From IMG/VR virus record IMGVR_UViG_3300035561_000032, positions 1-26,449 of that record: a stretch of DNA of 26,449 bases. The stretch is one strand, 5' to 3'. This stretch comes from a virus. Taxonomy: Duplodnaviria > Caudoviricetes. The notes under the pieces were generated by a model. It did no database searches. It saw only the letters and a list, made by a program, of their open reading frames with translations, and was not told the DNA's origin. Shown here piece by piece: positions 17,701-25,491 of the stretch. The number at the start of each line of letters is the position of its first letter. Positions within the stretch are counted from its first letter, which is position 1. The translations under genes and the position numbers were made by a program.

Positions 17701-18748
17701 ACGCACCAAGCATCGCCACTGGAATATAATCATCGTACTTACTGGGATTATTCAAATATACCTCTTGGCAGTGATAAGCAATTGCTCCCAGCTCAAATCC
17801 TACCTGCTTCACGATTGTTTTATATTCCTTTGAGCTTAGTTTATCGCCGGAAGGAGATACGTCAATTAGTCTTCGGATAAGACCGGATTTCGCATCTGTA
17901 ATCTTTACCGGTTTATTTGTGCCCATGAACAAAAAACATTTAAATCGATTAGAATAGGTCGACTTGAATTTCTCGTTTACTGTCATAAGCTCGTGGGAAA
18001 CAAGACTATTCAACCTCGTATTGTCCTCAATTTTGGAGAGATCACCATCGTGTTGAATTGCTACAAGCGGATTGGCTTTAAACGCTTCCAGAGCAAAAGA
18101 GTTACTAGATGAACCAAGAGCCCTCGCGTCAAATACCGAATAATACCCTTCAAATAACTGCTGGATGATGTTGAGTATTGTAGATTTACCGGTTCCCGCT
18201 GCGCCATACAGAACCATAAATTTCTGCAATTTCTTAGAATCTCCGGATACAATTGACCCGATTGCCCACTCAATCTTATGTCGTTCTTCCTCTACGTATA
18301 GAATGGACATCAGCTTGTCATAGGCAGACAAATCGCCAGCTTCAAGCGGATAACTCAACTTTTTACTGGCGTAATCTTTTTTATCGGTTTTGTAGTTGGA
18401 AAATATAAGTCTCTCATCCAACATATGAAAGTGGTCTCTCATCTGCTTCTGACAGTATTTATGCCAAGAGTCAATCATTCCAGACTCAGCGTCCCACATA
18501 TGTAGAACCTTAATATTAGAGTCAAACTTTTGGCGGTTTTCTTCCGCATATCGATTTAGTTCTCGATCTATCAGCTGCAAAACATCATGCTCATCCGTAG
18601 ACCATAAACCGCGTTCCTCAATCCAGATAGCGTAAAAATCACCGCCTCGAATCATCAGGTCGGAGCTTTTTTTAATGATAAACTTTGGATAGATTTCTAT
18701 TACGCCACGCTTTGTGCTGCGTGTTGAAATCATTAGAAAGTCAATCAT
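14744..18748 (-). CDS. SF3 helicase - AEP primase - 3'-5' exonuclease - family B DNA polymerase fusion
   Basis: GAAGTGKST (SF3); VVDFD, ELSKSGAGIHLHY (NrS-1-like AEP); YDVE, GFN..YD, YCDND (Exo I-III); DIASMHPS, KIAINSVYG, KTDS (PolB). Confidence 0.88.
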   Translation of the reverse strand: MIDFLMISTRSTKRGVIEIYPKFIIKKSSDLMIRGGDFYAIWIEERGLWSTDEHDVLQLIDRELNRYAEENRQKFDSNIKVLHMWDAESGMIDSWHKYCQKQMRDHFHMLDERLIFSNYKTDKKDYASKKLSYPLEAGDLSAYDKLMSILYVEEERHKIEWAIGSIVSGDSKKLQKFMVLYGAAGTGKSTILNIIQQLFEGYYSVFDARALGSSSNSFALEAFKANPLVAIQHDGDLSKIEDNTRLNSLVSHELMTVNEKFKSTYSNRFKCFLFMGTNKPVKITDAKSGLIRRLIDVSPSGDKLSSKEYKTIVKQVGFELGAIAYHCQEVYLNNPSKYDDYIPVAMLGASNDFYNFVIDSYHVFKKEDGTTLKAAWEMYKTYCDEAKVAFPYSQRIFKEELRNYFRDYKDRFNLDDGSRVRSYYSGFRTEKFEEGNLDEKEEQVKAPLIEFTSTKSIFDKECANCFAQYATSKETPFDKWDDVTSKLSELNTSKVHYVRVPENHIVVDFDIPDEEGNKSFEKNIEEASKWPPTYAELSKSGAGIHLHYIYTGDVSKLSRVYDDYIEIKVFTGKSSLRRKLSKCNDLPISTISSGLPLKGENKMVNFEAIKSERGLRTLLKRNLNKEIHPGTKPSIDFIYKILEDAHTSDLNYDVTDMRNAVLAFAASSTHQADYCIKLVNKMQFKSAEQSTASRNEDAKLVFYDVEVFPNLFLVNWKIEGEGKPVVRMINPTPTEIEDLMRFRLVGFNCRRYDNHILYARLMGYTNDQLYNLSQKIIDGSPNCFFGEAYNVSYTDVYDFSSKKQSLKKFEIELGIHHQELGLPWDQPVPEELWTKVAEYCDNDVIATEATFNARKSDFLARQILADVAGMTVNDTTNTLTTKIIFGSNRKPQDQFNYRDMGAMPKHDWVYRGELDCDPEFTVFDGDKPIFPGYKFENGKSTYRGEEVGEGGYVYSEPGMYGNIALLDIASMHPSSIVAEKLFGEEYTQRFKDILDARMAIKHKDFDKARKMLGGALAKYLTDENAASDLATALKIAINSVYGLTSASFDNPFRDNRNKDNIVAKRGALFMINLKHEVQKRGFIVAHVKTDSIKIPDATPEIIQFVTDYGKQYGYTFEHEATYDRLCLVNDAVYIAKYKDGKHAGEWTATGTQFQIPYVFKKLFSKEEIIFEDMCETKSVTSALYLDMNESLPKDEHNYRFIGKVGQFCPIKDGCGGGILLRETLNKKTGEKGYAAATGSKGYRWLESEMVSELEKEADVDRSYYDKMVDEAVESISKFGDFEWFVSDDPYISEKPPWDDMLCGKTDCQGCKHWEKTREIDEKLICDAGYECMPF

Positions 18749-18754
18749 CGCATT

Positions 18755-18988
18755 TTATTCTCCTTTCATGCGTTTAAGCTCCTTAATCTCTTTACTGAGT
18801 TCTTCTATTTTTTTATCTTGTCCGTAGTTGTGGGTTTCCACCATGAGTGCATAAGTAGTCATCATCAAAGCGAAAGCGGTTAGCGTTCGGTTGAATCTTG
18901 CCTGATGTCGGAATGTCTTTCTAATGTTTTTAACAATATCTGATGGGATTTGTAGACTACCAAAAATATAGTTAACTCTTTCAACCAT
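18755..18988 (-). CDS. Hypothetical protein, TM plus coiled coil
   Basis: Translationally coupled (TAATG); hydrophobic segment. Confidence 0.7.
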   Translation of the reverse strand: MVERVNYIFGSLQIPSDIVKNIRKTFRHQARFNRTLTAFALMMTTYALMVETHNYGQDKKIEELSKEIKELKRMKGE

Positions 18989-19203
18989 TAGCTTTTTCCT
19001 CCTTTCGTTGCATGTTTAATAAAACTGTCGATTGTTTCAAATTTCCAATCTTTATGACCGTTAAAAGTAAATATAAATTCTTGGCCATTGGTCTGTCTTA
19101 CACGAAGACTGTTTTTACCATTCGGGAACCAAGTATCGATCTTATCTCCAGCATAGATTGGAAAATATAAATTAAACCATTCAAAAACTTTATTATGAGT
19201 CAT
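18988..19203 (-). CDS. Hypothetical protein
   Basis: RBS AGGAGG; in operon. Confidence 0.75.
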   Translation of the reverse strand: MTHNKVFEWFNLYFPIYAGDKIDTWFPNGKNSLRVRQTNGQEFIFTFNGHKDWKFETIDSFIKHATKGGKS

Positions 19204-19212
19204 TTATTCCTC

Positions 19213-19767
19213 CTAATATAATAGGACGTCATCCAAGTGCCAGCACATCTGGTACCAAATCTCAACGGTTCGCAAATCGTATTTACAGTGCTTGACCGTA
19301 AATAGACCACCCTCACCATTTCGTTTGTATTTTCGATTCATAAATCTTGAAATAACGCTATCTACATAGTCCTTATTGTATTTAACGTCGTTCATAGAAC
19401 CTAAACCGAGATTAACAATCATGTTCCAAAACCATTGACCTGTTCGATTACCCACATCGGGATCGTCCATAATGTGTTCTTCACAACGAATAGCAAGGGC
19501 CGTCAACATTTCCAATACGCTGCAAAACTGGTCATTCAAGTATGTTGTAATCACAGGATTTTCGTACTGACGCTCATATCCAAATCGATATCGAAGGTCT
19601 ATCCCATCTTCAGCTCTGTTAGCATCCATTCCAATAGTGAAGGTGAACTCTACACTATGCAGATGACCCAAAAGCTTCCGATAGGATAGCCTTTTAGAAT
19701 ATTTTTCATTGCATACGAGCTGGTACATCCATTCAAAGTATTCGTTGTTCAGCTCGTTTCTTGTCAT
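19213..19767 (-). CDS. Phage hypothetical protein
   Basis: Abuts upstream stop; D.NRAEDG.DLR and EIWYQM motifs. Confidence 0.8.
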   Translation of the reverse strand: MTRNELNNEYFEWMYQLVCNEKYSKRLSYRKLLGHLHSVEFTFTIGMDANRAEDGIDLRYRFGYERQYENPVITTYLNDQFCSVLEMLTALAIRCEEHIMDDPDVGNRTGQWFWNMIVNLGLGSMNDVKYNKDYVDSVISRFMNRKYKRNGEGGLFTVKHCKYDLRTVEIWYQMCWHLDDVLLY

Positions 19768-20373
19768 TTAATCATTCACCTCATGCGGCTTTCTTTTACG
19801 AATACTCGTAAACTTTCTCTGGTCCAGCAGGATTTCGTAGTCACATCTCAGTCGATCATTTCTAACAAATACTGAATCATCTTCATACTCTCCAAAACTG
19901 TTCAAAGAATCGAATCCGACAATGTCCTCAATATCGTCTACCAATTCATCGTTATCATCAGCCAGAATATGATCGGCGTAGTAAGTAAGACTAATTTTTT
20001 CGTAATCATCAAACTCGCCAAATTCTTCTGGGGCGATAACATAAGGTTTATCTACTGCCATAGATTCCTTTTCCACCTCTTCTTTATTTTCTGTGTCAAT
20101 ATCTGAATAGTTTGTATAGCCCTGTTCACGCAACCGAGCGGCGTATTCAACAACGCTAGGTTTTTCTTTTGCGTTGTCGGCTTTTGTTCTGACATCTACA
20201 TCCTCGGTTTCTTCGACAAAATCCATTTCTCTTTTAGAAAACACCTCTTTCACCGAATCGATTTCTTCTTGAGCAATTTGCTCATATTTTTTCTTTATGT
20301 ATTGCCAGGTTACCGCCGAACCGACAGCGGCGCCCAAAACAAACATCATGAAACTTGCAAATTTGCTATTCAT
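19768..20373 (-). CDS. Membrane-anchored acidic hypothetical protein
   Basis: N-terminal TM (FMMFVLGAAVGSAVTW) and acidic C-terminal domain; start likely 20373 after GGAG. Confidence 0.8.
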   Translation of the reverse strand: MNSKFASFMMFVLGAAVGSAVTWQYIKKKYEQIAQEEIDSVKEVFSKREMDFVEETEDVDVRTKADNAKEKPSVVEYAARLREQGYTNYSDIDTENKEEVEKESMAVDKPYVIAPEEFGEFDDYEKISLTYYADHILADDNDELVDDIEDIVGFDSLNSFGEYEDDSVFVRNDRLRCDYEILLDQRKFTSIRKRKPHEVND

Positions 20374-20533
20374 CGTCGTCTTCTCCATTCTTTATAGTCA
20401 TTACCGTAATGGCCAATCCTCCGAAAAGCATAGAGACGCTTAACAGGATACCTCCGGTAATATGTCTTTTTCGTGTCGTATTCAGAAGATAGTCGAGTGT
20501 AGATATAATGTTTTCAAAAACCTCTATATTCAT
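20366..20533 (-). CDS. 55-aa membrane protein (not in ORF track)
   Basis: MNIEVFENIISTLDYLLNTTRKRHITGGILLSVSMLFGGLAITVMTIKNGEDDDE; TAATG coupling. Confidence 0.7.
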   Translation of the reverse strand: MNIEVFENIISTLDYLLNTTRKRHITGGILLSVSMLFGGLAITVMTIKNGEDDDE

Positions 20534-20631
20534 TAACCTCTTCCTCTGGATAAAACAGCAATACCCCCAACAAAGCAGATACTAGCTAAGGCGGCGAGAG
20601 TATAAGATATAAATGATAATGTGCTATTCAT
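20533..20631 (-). CDS. 32-aa membrane peptide (not in ORF track)
   Basis: MNSTLSFISYTLAALASICFVGGIAVLSRGRG; RBS GAAAGGAG. Confidence 0.65.
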   Translation of the reverse strand: MNSTLSFISYTLAALASICFVGGIAVLSRGRG

Positions 20632-20645
20632 GGTTTTATCTCCTT

Positions 20646-21128
20646 TCAATCATAACTTGAAAAATAGTGATTTCCGACCTTAAACAGTGGAACTCCATAT
20701 TTACTATAATGACCCGAAGTAAAAAATATAACGTCGTAATTAGTTCGAGACTCGATTTCTTCTCTAACTAGCTGGCAAATATCCTCTCTAACTTCACATC
20801 GGTCTATCCTGCCGTTCCACATTGATGAAAAATGTTTTGGTTGATAGATAACGTCATATATTGTATTTGGAAAGTGTTTGGAATTCACGCGATTTAGGAT
20901 AGTATCAATTACCAGTCGTTTCCCTTCCTCGCATTCTCCCTCCGCTTCTGCCATTGTCACTAGGGCTATTAATTCGATGTCTTCGTTAGATATTAATTCA
21001 ACGTCCTTATTAGAGACCAAAGCTACAATTTTTTCAGTTTCTGCATCATCGCCTGTAAAATGACTACAAACTATAAATATAAAAGCTGTGATTAGAGGGA
21101 GGATAATTATTTTGCTTGCTTTACGCAT
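20646..21128 (-). CDS. SleB/CwlJ-family cell wall hydrolase with N-terminal signal/TM
   Basis: AEAEGE catalytic Glu, ILNRV, FPNTIYDVIYQ..FS, GNHYF motifs. Confidence 0.88.
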   Translation of the reverse strand: MRKASKIIILPLITAFIFIVCSHFTGDDAETEKIVALVSNKDVELISNEDIELIALVTMAEAEGECEEGKRLVIDTILNRVNSKHFPNTIYDVIYQPKHFSSMWNGRIDRCEVREDICQLVREEIESRTNYDVIFFTSGHYSKYGVPLFKVGNHYFSSYD

Positions 21129-21140
21129 GTCTGTCCTCCT

Positions 21141-21190
21141 AAAATAGAAAAAGACTACCCTCGGATTAATTCAAAGATCAAAGGGTAGTC
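21141..21190 (-). terminator. Intrinsic terminator
   Basis: GACTACCCT...AGGGTAGTC followed by TTTTTCTATTTT. Confidence 0.7.
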
Positions 21191-21215
21191 AGCGTATTTT
21201 GATATGGGTTTTCAC

Positions 21216-22148
21216 TCACATCAGATCCCAAATGTTACCGTCTACGTTGAAATCCAGAAGAATTGTCCGCTCGTAACCATTTACGAAATTACGAACCGTT
21301 TCTCTGTGAATGTCATAAATGCCGAAATCAACGTAGTTGTCGCCAATCGGATTTTCAGCATCGTAAACCCAACCAACAACTTGTCCGGCTTTGGTTCGAG
21401 GAATACCAAGCATGTCGTAGACCTCGTTCAAGAAGAGGTGCCCATTTGCTCTTAGTTTATCGTTTGCATACTGTTGCTGAGCACGAAGGAACATCAGATT
21501 ATACTCTGAATCCTTTTCCCAGCCGGTGCAGCCATCATCAAAGAACCGAGCGTAATCGCTATAAGTGTTAGGGTTTTCGGCTACTTGGATGGTCTCTTTA
21601 ACCTTTTTTTCCTTGCCATCTTCGCCAATGACGATTTTTTCAATCTTTTTAGCCTTGATATTATGCCTCAGCTCACGGTCTACTTCTTCGCCAAAACGCT
21701 CAACCACTCGGTTTCGATACTCTTTGAAACCTTTGTCCACCGTAGCGTAAGCTGCTGCCAGAGCCACGTTCCGTTTACGCAGGATATTGTTCGATGCCAG
21801 GATGCTCCCAAGAGACAGGACACCGAGAGCTACTGCCGGGGCATAAAGCTTCGCCAACTTAATACCGGTCTGAACATAAACAATCGCTAGATCCTTCTTA
21901 GCATCTTCAGAGGTATACTCATTTGCCATAGACTCGTTATTTGCGCAATCGTGGATAGAATTGATGTCTTCTTTGGTCTTTTCCAGAATTTCGCTTACCT
22001 TGGTAGTAGCCTTGCAAGCCATAACGGCACTCGCAACGACACCAACCACCCCAGCTACCACAAGAATTTCGGGGCTGTGTTTCTTGAGCTGAAAGCCCAT
22101 CTTGTTAAACGAACTGCTTACAGTCGTCATAAGTTCTGTTTTTTTCAT
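21216..22148 (-). CDS. DUF6353-like protein, paralog 1
   Basis: KHSPEIL + TM + ACKAT, RNVALAAAY, LNEVY..LG..GW shared with two paralogs. Confidence 0.8.
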   Translation of the reverse strand: MKKTELMTTVSSSFNKMGFQLKKHSPEILVVAGVVGVVASAVMACKATTKVSEILEKTKEDINSIHDCANNESMANEYTSEDAKKDLAIVYVQTGIKLAKLYAPAVALGVLSLGSILASNNILRKRNVALAAAYATVDKGFKEYRNRVVERFGEEVDRELRHNIKAKKIEKIVIGEDGKEKKVKETIQVAENPNTYSDYARFFDDGCTGWEKDSEYNLMFLRAQQQYANDKLRANGHLFLNEVYDMLGIPRTKAGQVVGWVYDAENPIGDNYVDFGIYDIHRETVRNFVNGYERTILLDFNVDGNIWDLM

Positions 22149-22168
22149 AATTAGATATTCTCCTTTCC

Positions 22169-22238
22169 TTATTCAATATCAGTTTCTCTCTGGCCGCACA
22201 CATTGTTTGGTCTTATCCAAAGTTTCTGCTCTCGTCAT
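22169..22238 (-). pseudogene. Truncated, frameshifted remnant of a DUF6378-like gene
   Basis: RBS then MTRAETLDKTKQCV; restoring 2 nt in TGTGTG gives CVCGQRETD, then an early stop. Confidence 0.4.
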
Positions 22239-22277
22239 TTTACCTCTCCTCGTTAAAATATTCGTAATTGAATCCTC

Positions 22278-22883
22278 CTAATTTAGTGGTAGCACTTTTG
22301 GTAATTTAAGCATATATCCATCTCGTACTCTAATTACTGATGCGCTCCGAATGTCGGTCCAACCGTATTTATTATCTGTATAATTGCCGGTTATGCCAAC
22401 CAAATCATACAAATCTGCTACACTGACCAGACCATAAGTAGAGATTAATTCGTCCATTCTTGATAAAACATCCTCAGCCTCTCCGCGATTATCCAAGATA
22501 ATATCATCATAGTTATAACCGGTCTTCATCGAGGAACTATAATCCCTGCGATCATTTCCTCTTTCGTAATAGCTCCTGTAAGATACTTTAGAAGCTGTGG
22601 AACCCTTCTTATCGTTACTTCTTCCTCCATAGAGAATCATATCGATACCGTTCGTCACAATATCCGAAATGGCTTTTTTGATTGCGGGGACCAACACATC
22701 CAACAAAATATAAGATTTTACGTTGCTGACATCTTCCGAAATAAATACATCAGCAAACTTCTGCATCTCGTTTTTCTTTTTGGACTTTACTGTTCCAGAG
22801 ATCACCTTTTCCACTTTCTTTTCCGGCACAGATTCCCGCTGTTCTTCTTTGGATTTATGGGAATTTGGCTTGTATCCCTCCAT
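22278..22883 (-). CDS. Phage hypothetical protein with DUF6353-like C-terminal motif
   Basis: RBS GAAAGGAG; VADLYDLVG..YGW parallels the paralog motif. Confidence 0.8.
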   Translation of the reverse strand: MEGYKPNSHKSKEEQRESVPEKKVEKVISGTVKSKKKNEMQKFADVFISEDVSNVKSYILLDVLVPAIKKAISDIVTNGIDMILYGGRSNDKKGSTASKVSYRSYYERGNDRRDYSSSMKTGYNYDDIILDNRGEAEDVLSRMDELISTYGLVSVADLYDLVGITGNYTDNKYGWTDIRSASVIRVRDGYMLKLPKVLPLN

Positions 22884-22899
22884 TAGGTATGTTCTCCTT

Positions 22900-23091
22900 T
22901 CACTGAACTAAAACAAGATTTCCCGGCAAAGTGATTTTTGTACTCGGGATTTTGTTGTTCTTTTTCTTGTATTGATAAGCGAGATTACTCTTCGCTTTTT
23001 TCTCAGATACAGCATATGTAGAAGCCTTCCAACAATTAGCGACACAAGTTTCAAATTCCATAACTGGCCCATCGTATGAATATTGATTCAT
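22900..23091 (-). CDS. Hypothetical protein
   Basis: ATG 23091 after GAAAGGAG. Confidence 0.75.
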   Translation of the reverse strand: MNQYSYDGPVMEFETCVANCWKASTYAVSEKKAKSNLAYQYKKKNNKIPSTKITLPGNLVLVQ

Positions 23092-23109
23092 AGTTTTTTC
23101 TCCTTTCAC

Positions 23110-23150
23110 AAAAGAAAAAGGGAAAGCACCTTGTTAAAGGCACTCTCCCT
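23110..23150 (-). terminator. Intrinsic terminator
   Basis: AGGGAGAGTGCCTT-TAAC-AAGGTGCTTTCCCT followed by TTTTCTTTT. Confidence 0.8.
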
Positions 23151-23188
23151 CATAAGAACTCCGTTTTCTATTTACTTGGTTCATCAAG

Positions 23189-23428
23189 TCACTCTTCGAT
23201 CTCAGCATTTTCGATTTCATCAAATCCCTTGTCAATCTTCTGCTGTTCCTTCTTGGCTTTGATTTTAGCCACTATCGGTTTGATTACATACTTGTAAGCT
23301 GCTACGCCTCCAAGAACTGCCAACCCGATACCGACTGCCACCTTAAAGCCCTTCCTAGAACCCGCCGTTGCGATTTCCTCAGTAACTTCGATAACCTCGT
23401 CATTTACCCTGATTTCGTTAGTATTCAT
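23189..23428 (-). CDS. Small single-TM membrane protein
   Basis: VAVGIGLAVLGGVAAY TM; ATG 23428 after TTGAAAGGAG. Confidence 0.75.
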   Translation of the reverse strand: MNTNEIRVNDEVIEVTEEIATAGSRKGFKVAVGIGLAVLGGVAAYKYVIKPIVAKIKAKKEQQKIDKGFDEIENAEIEE

Positions 23429-23469
23429 TTTGTTTTCTCCTTTCAAATATAGAAAAGTCTATATGTTCT

Positions 23470-23497
23470 TCCATTAAAGACCGTGTTTTTTTCGCGC
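23470..23497 (-). promoter_or_regulatory. Conserved phage promoter-like motif, copy 3
   Basis: GCGCGAAAAAAACACGGTCTTTAATGGA, intergenic. Confidence 0.7.
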
Positions 23498-23505
23498 ACC
23501 TAATA

Positions 23506-24273
23506 TTATCTGTTATACTCATATCTAGGAGCGACTTGATAATCAATAACAAGACACGGGGTTCCATCGTCCGCTAACTGCGAACTGAAATTTAAATCAA
23601 TATACCCATGATCAATGCTCCATCCAAGATCATCACCGATACTGGTAGGATTAAGCCCGATTTCATAATAGAACTCATTAAGAGAAATATACGTATCATT
23701 TCTCATTTGCCGATTGAGTTCGTTTTCGGCTTTTTTCAACTTTTCGATATCCGATTTAAAATATCGACCTGAAATCACATCGTAACAGAGCGTATTACCC
23801 CTTTCAGTGATGATGACTTCTCGATTACTAACCGGATCTCGATCAATCCTATCTTTTGCGATGGCATCCCTTACGGATTGTTCTTTTTTCTCACCAATGG
23901 CTTCAATCACTTTTCCTTGGTATTCTTTCAGAGCAGACTCGGATAAAGTATAAGCCGTAGCCAACGCTGCATTACGACGTACATTTACGGAACTTGCTCC
24001 AATCAGACAAAATATAGACAAGCATCCTGTTACAGCCGCAGGAATATAACAAGTCCATACGGTTTTAATAGTCTCGACTAGTGTAAGCTCGTCCATGTCA
24101 TTTTCGGCCTTTTTATCCTCGATAAGGATAAGGGCCTTCGGGGTTGCTCTGACTGCCATTACGGTAGTTGTAACCATTCCAGCGATACCGATGCCTGTTA
24201 GTATCTCTGGACTGTGTTTACTTATTGCAGTCCGTATCCCCTTGGCAATTTTAGATAAGTTTGGTCTATTCAT
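23506..24273 (-). CDS. DUF6353-like protein, paralog 2
   Basis: KHSPEILTGIG, AVRATPKA, RRNAALATAY, LNEFY..IG..GW. Confidence 0.8.
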   Translation of the reverse strand: MNRPNLSKIAKGIRTAISKHSPEILTGIGIAGMVTTTVMAVRATPKALILIEDKKAENDMDELTLVETIKTVWTCYIPAAVTGCLSIFCLIGASSVNVRRNAALATAYTLSESALKEYQGKVIEAIGEKKEQSVRDAIAKDRIDRDPVSNREVIITERGNTLCYDVISGRYFKSDIEKLKKAENELNRQMRNDTYISLNEFYYEIGLNPTSIGDDLGWSIDHGYIDLNFSSQLADDGTPCLVIDYQVAPRYEYNR

Positions 24274-24300
24274 TTCTCGCTCCTTTCAAATATTAACTGT

Positions 24301-24425
24301 GGGGCACAAGGCCCCTAGATTTATTCAACCAACCAGAATACCGGACGAACCCCAAGAGAGTGCGAAGCGGAGTAGTAGGACGTACAGCCAAGGTTGCTCA
24401 CAAAAGCGAAAGAAGACGAAGAAAC
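24301..24425 (-). other. DGR-type variable region plus downstream GC hairpin
   Basis: Codons TTC GCT TTT GTG AGC AAC CTT GGC TGT ACG TCC TAC TAC TCC GCT TCG CAC TCT CTT GGG GTT CGT CCG; hairpin GGGGC-CTTGT-GCCCC 5 nt after the stop. Confidence 0.65.
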
Positions 24426-24872
24426 TTCTTTTTTCGTTGCATTTTGAAGCCAGTACCACTCGTAGCTATTATCGAAATCCGCAATGCGATTTCTTCTTTT
24501 AACCATAAGAGGAAGCTGCTCGTCACTATCTGGTTCCATTACATCGTTATACCAGTCATCATGGCCGAACATCTGCCCGTATGTAGGAATTGTAAGGCCG
24601 TCAATTCTGTTTATTAAATCTTCCGGAAAGGCCACCAATAGAACATCGTTGATCCATTTACGAAGTTCTGATTTCTCGTAACCACCTTTATTAGTACGTT
24701 CCGCATTCATGGGTCGCCGTGTAACACAATCGTCAAACAGGAATAGCGTTCCTTTGTCAGTGATTTTCTGTGCAGTCGCAGTGAATTCACCAAACCCCGT
24801 CAACTCAATAATAATTTGGTCACCCACCTGAATATTACTTGTTTCTAACTCCTGTTTTCTTAATACTTTCAT
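24321..24872 (-). CDS. DUF6273-like C-type-lectin-fold protein, probable DGR target
   Basis: GGYEKSELRKWIN, WYWL and terminal GVRPVF motifs typical of Firmicute DGR target proteins. Confidence 0.75.
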   Translation of the reverse strand: MKVLRKQELETSNIQVGDQIIIELTGFGEFTATAQKITDKGTLFLFDDCVTRRPMNAERTNKGGYEKSELRKWINDVLLVAFPEDLINRIDGLTIPTYGQMFGHDDWYNDVMEPDSDEQLPLMVKRRNRIADFDNSYEWYWLQNATKKEVSSSSFAFVSNLGCTSYYSASHSLGVRPVFWLVE

Positions 24873-24900
24873 AATTTTTCTCCTTTCAATCGATTAGATT

Positions 24901-25236
24901 TTACAAAAATAAATCTAGAATTCCTCTGGCCGTTTCCCTAGCAACAGAGAACATAAATTGAGAACTCCGGTTATCGTTTATTTCTGAGAAATAATCCATC
25001 TCACTTATAAATTCCTCGATAGTCTCTGTAGGCGTTTTCTGTTCTCGACCGGTAATTGTAAGATGAGGAGGTAATAGCAACGACTCTTCAATAATACGAC
25101 CTTGAAGTTCATAGGCAGCCCATCTAGAATAACTTCGTCTTAGAAAATAATCCTTTGGCCAATTAGACCTAGGTTCAAAAAGGAATTCATCTATGTAATA
25201 TTGAAGTACCGATACAGCGGCTTCGTTCGTATACAT
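24901..25236 (-). CDS. Hypothetical protein
   Basis: 111-aa ORF in operon orientation; GGAGG 12 nt upstream, start uncertain. Confidence 0.65.
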   Translation of the reverse strand: MYTNEAAVSVLQYYIDEFLFEPRSNWPKDYFLRRSYSRWAAYELQGRIIEESLLLPPHLTITGREQKTPTETIEEFISEMDYFSEINDNRSSQFMFSVARETARGILDLFL

Positions 25237-25256
25237 TATTCATACCATCCTCCCTA

Positions 25257-25285
25257 AGAAAGAAAAAGAGTCCTTGTTAGGACTC
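25257..25285 (-). terminator. Intrinsic terminator overlapping the stop codon
   Basis: GAGTCCT-AACA-AGGACTC followed by TTTTTCTTT. Confidence 0.8.
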
Positions 25286-25439
25286 AATTTCTGTTTATTT
25301 TGGTAAGCGCCTCATTTATTTTTTCTTGAATCTTTTCATCCATCTTCTTGTCGTTAACCCAATCGGTTATGAGTGTCGCACCCATTCCGATCACAGTTGC
25401 CGCCATACCAATGACTTTAATCAATTTTCCGTTAATCAT
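25284..25439 (-). CDS. 51-aa single-TM protein
   Basis: ATG 25439 after AAAGGAGGT; VIGMAATVIGMGATLI. Confidence 0.75.
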   Translation of the reverse strand: MINGKLIKVIGMAATVIGMGATLITDWVNDKKMDEKIQEKINEALTKINRN

Positions 25440-25455
25440 AAAGCAATTACCTCCT

Positions 25456-25483
25456 TTCATAATAGTGGTTGTAAATTTTGCGT
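25456..25483 (-). promoter_or_regulatory. Conserved phage promoter-like motif, copy 4
   Basis: ACGCAAAATTTACAACCACTATTATGAA, running directly into the RBS. Confidence 0.7.
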
Positions 25484-25491
25484 AGATATCA

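Noticed and set aside
413-24681. All plus-strand ORFs in the track and minus-strand ORFs nested in long genes
   Set aside because: Shadow frames overlapping well-supported minus-strand genes; no recognisable motifs.
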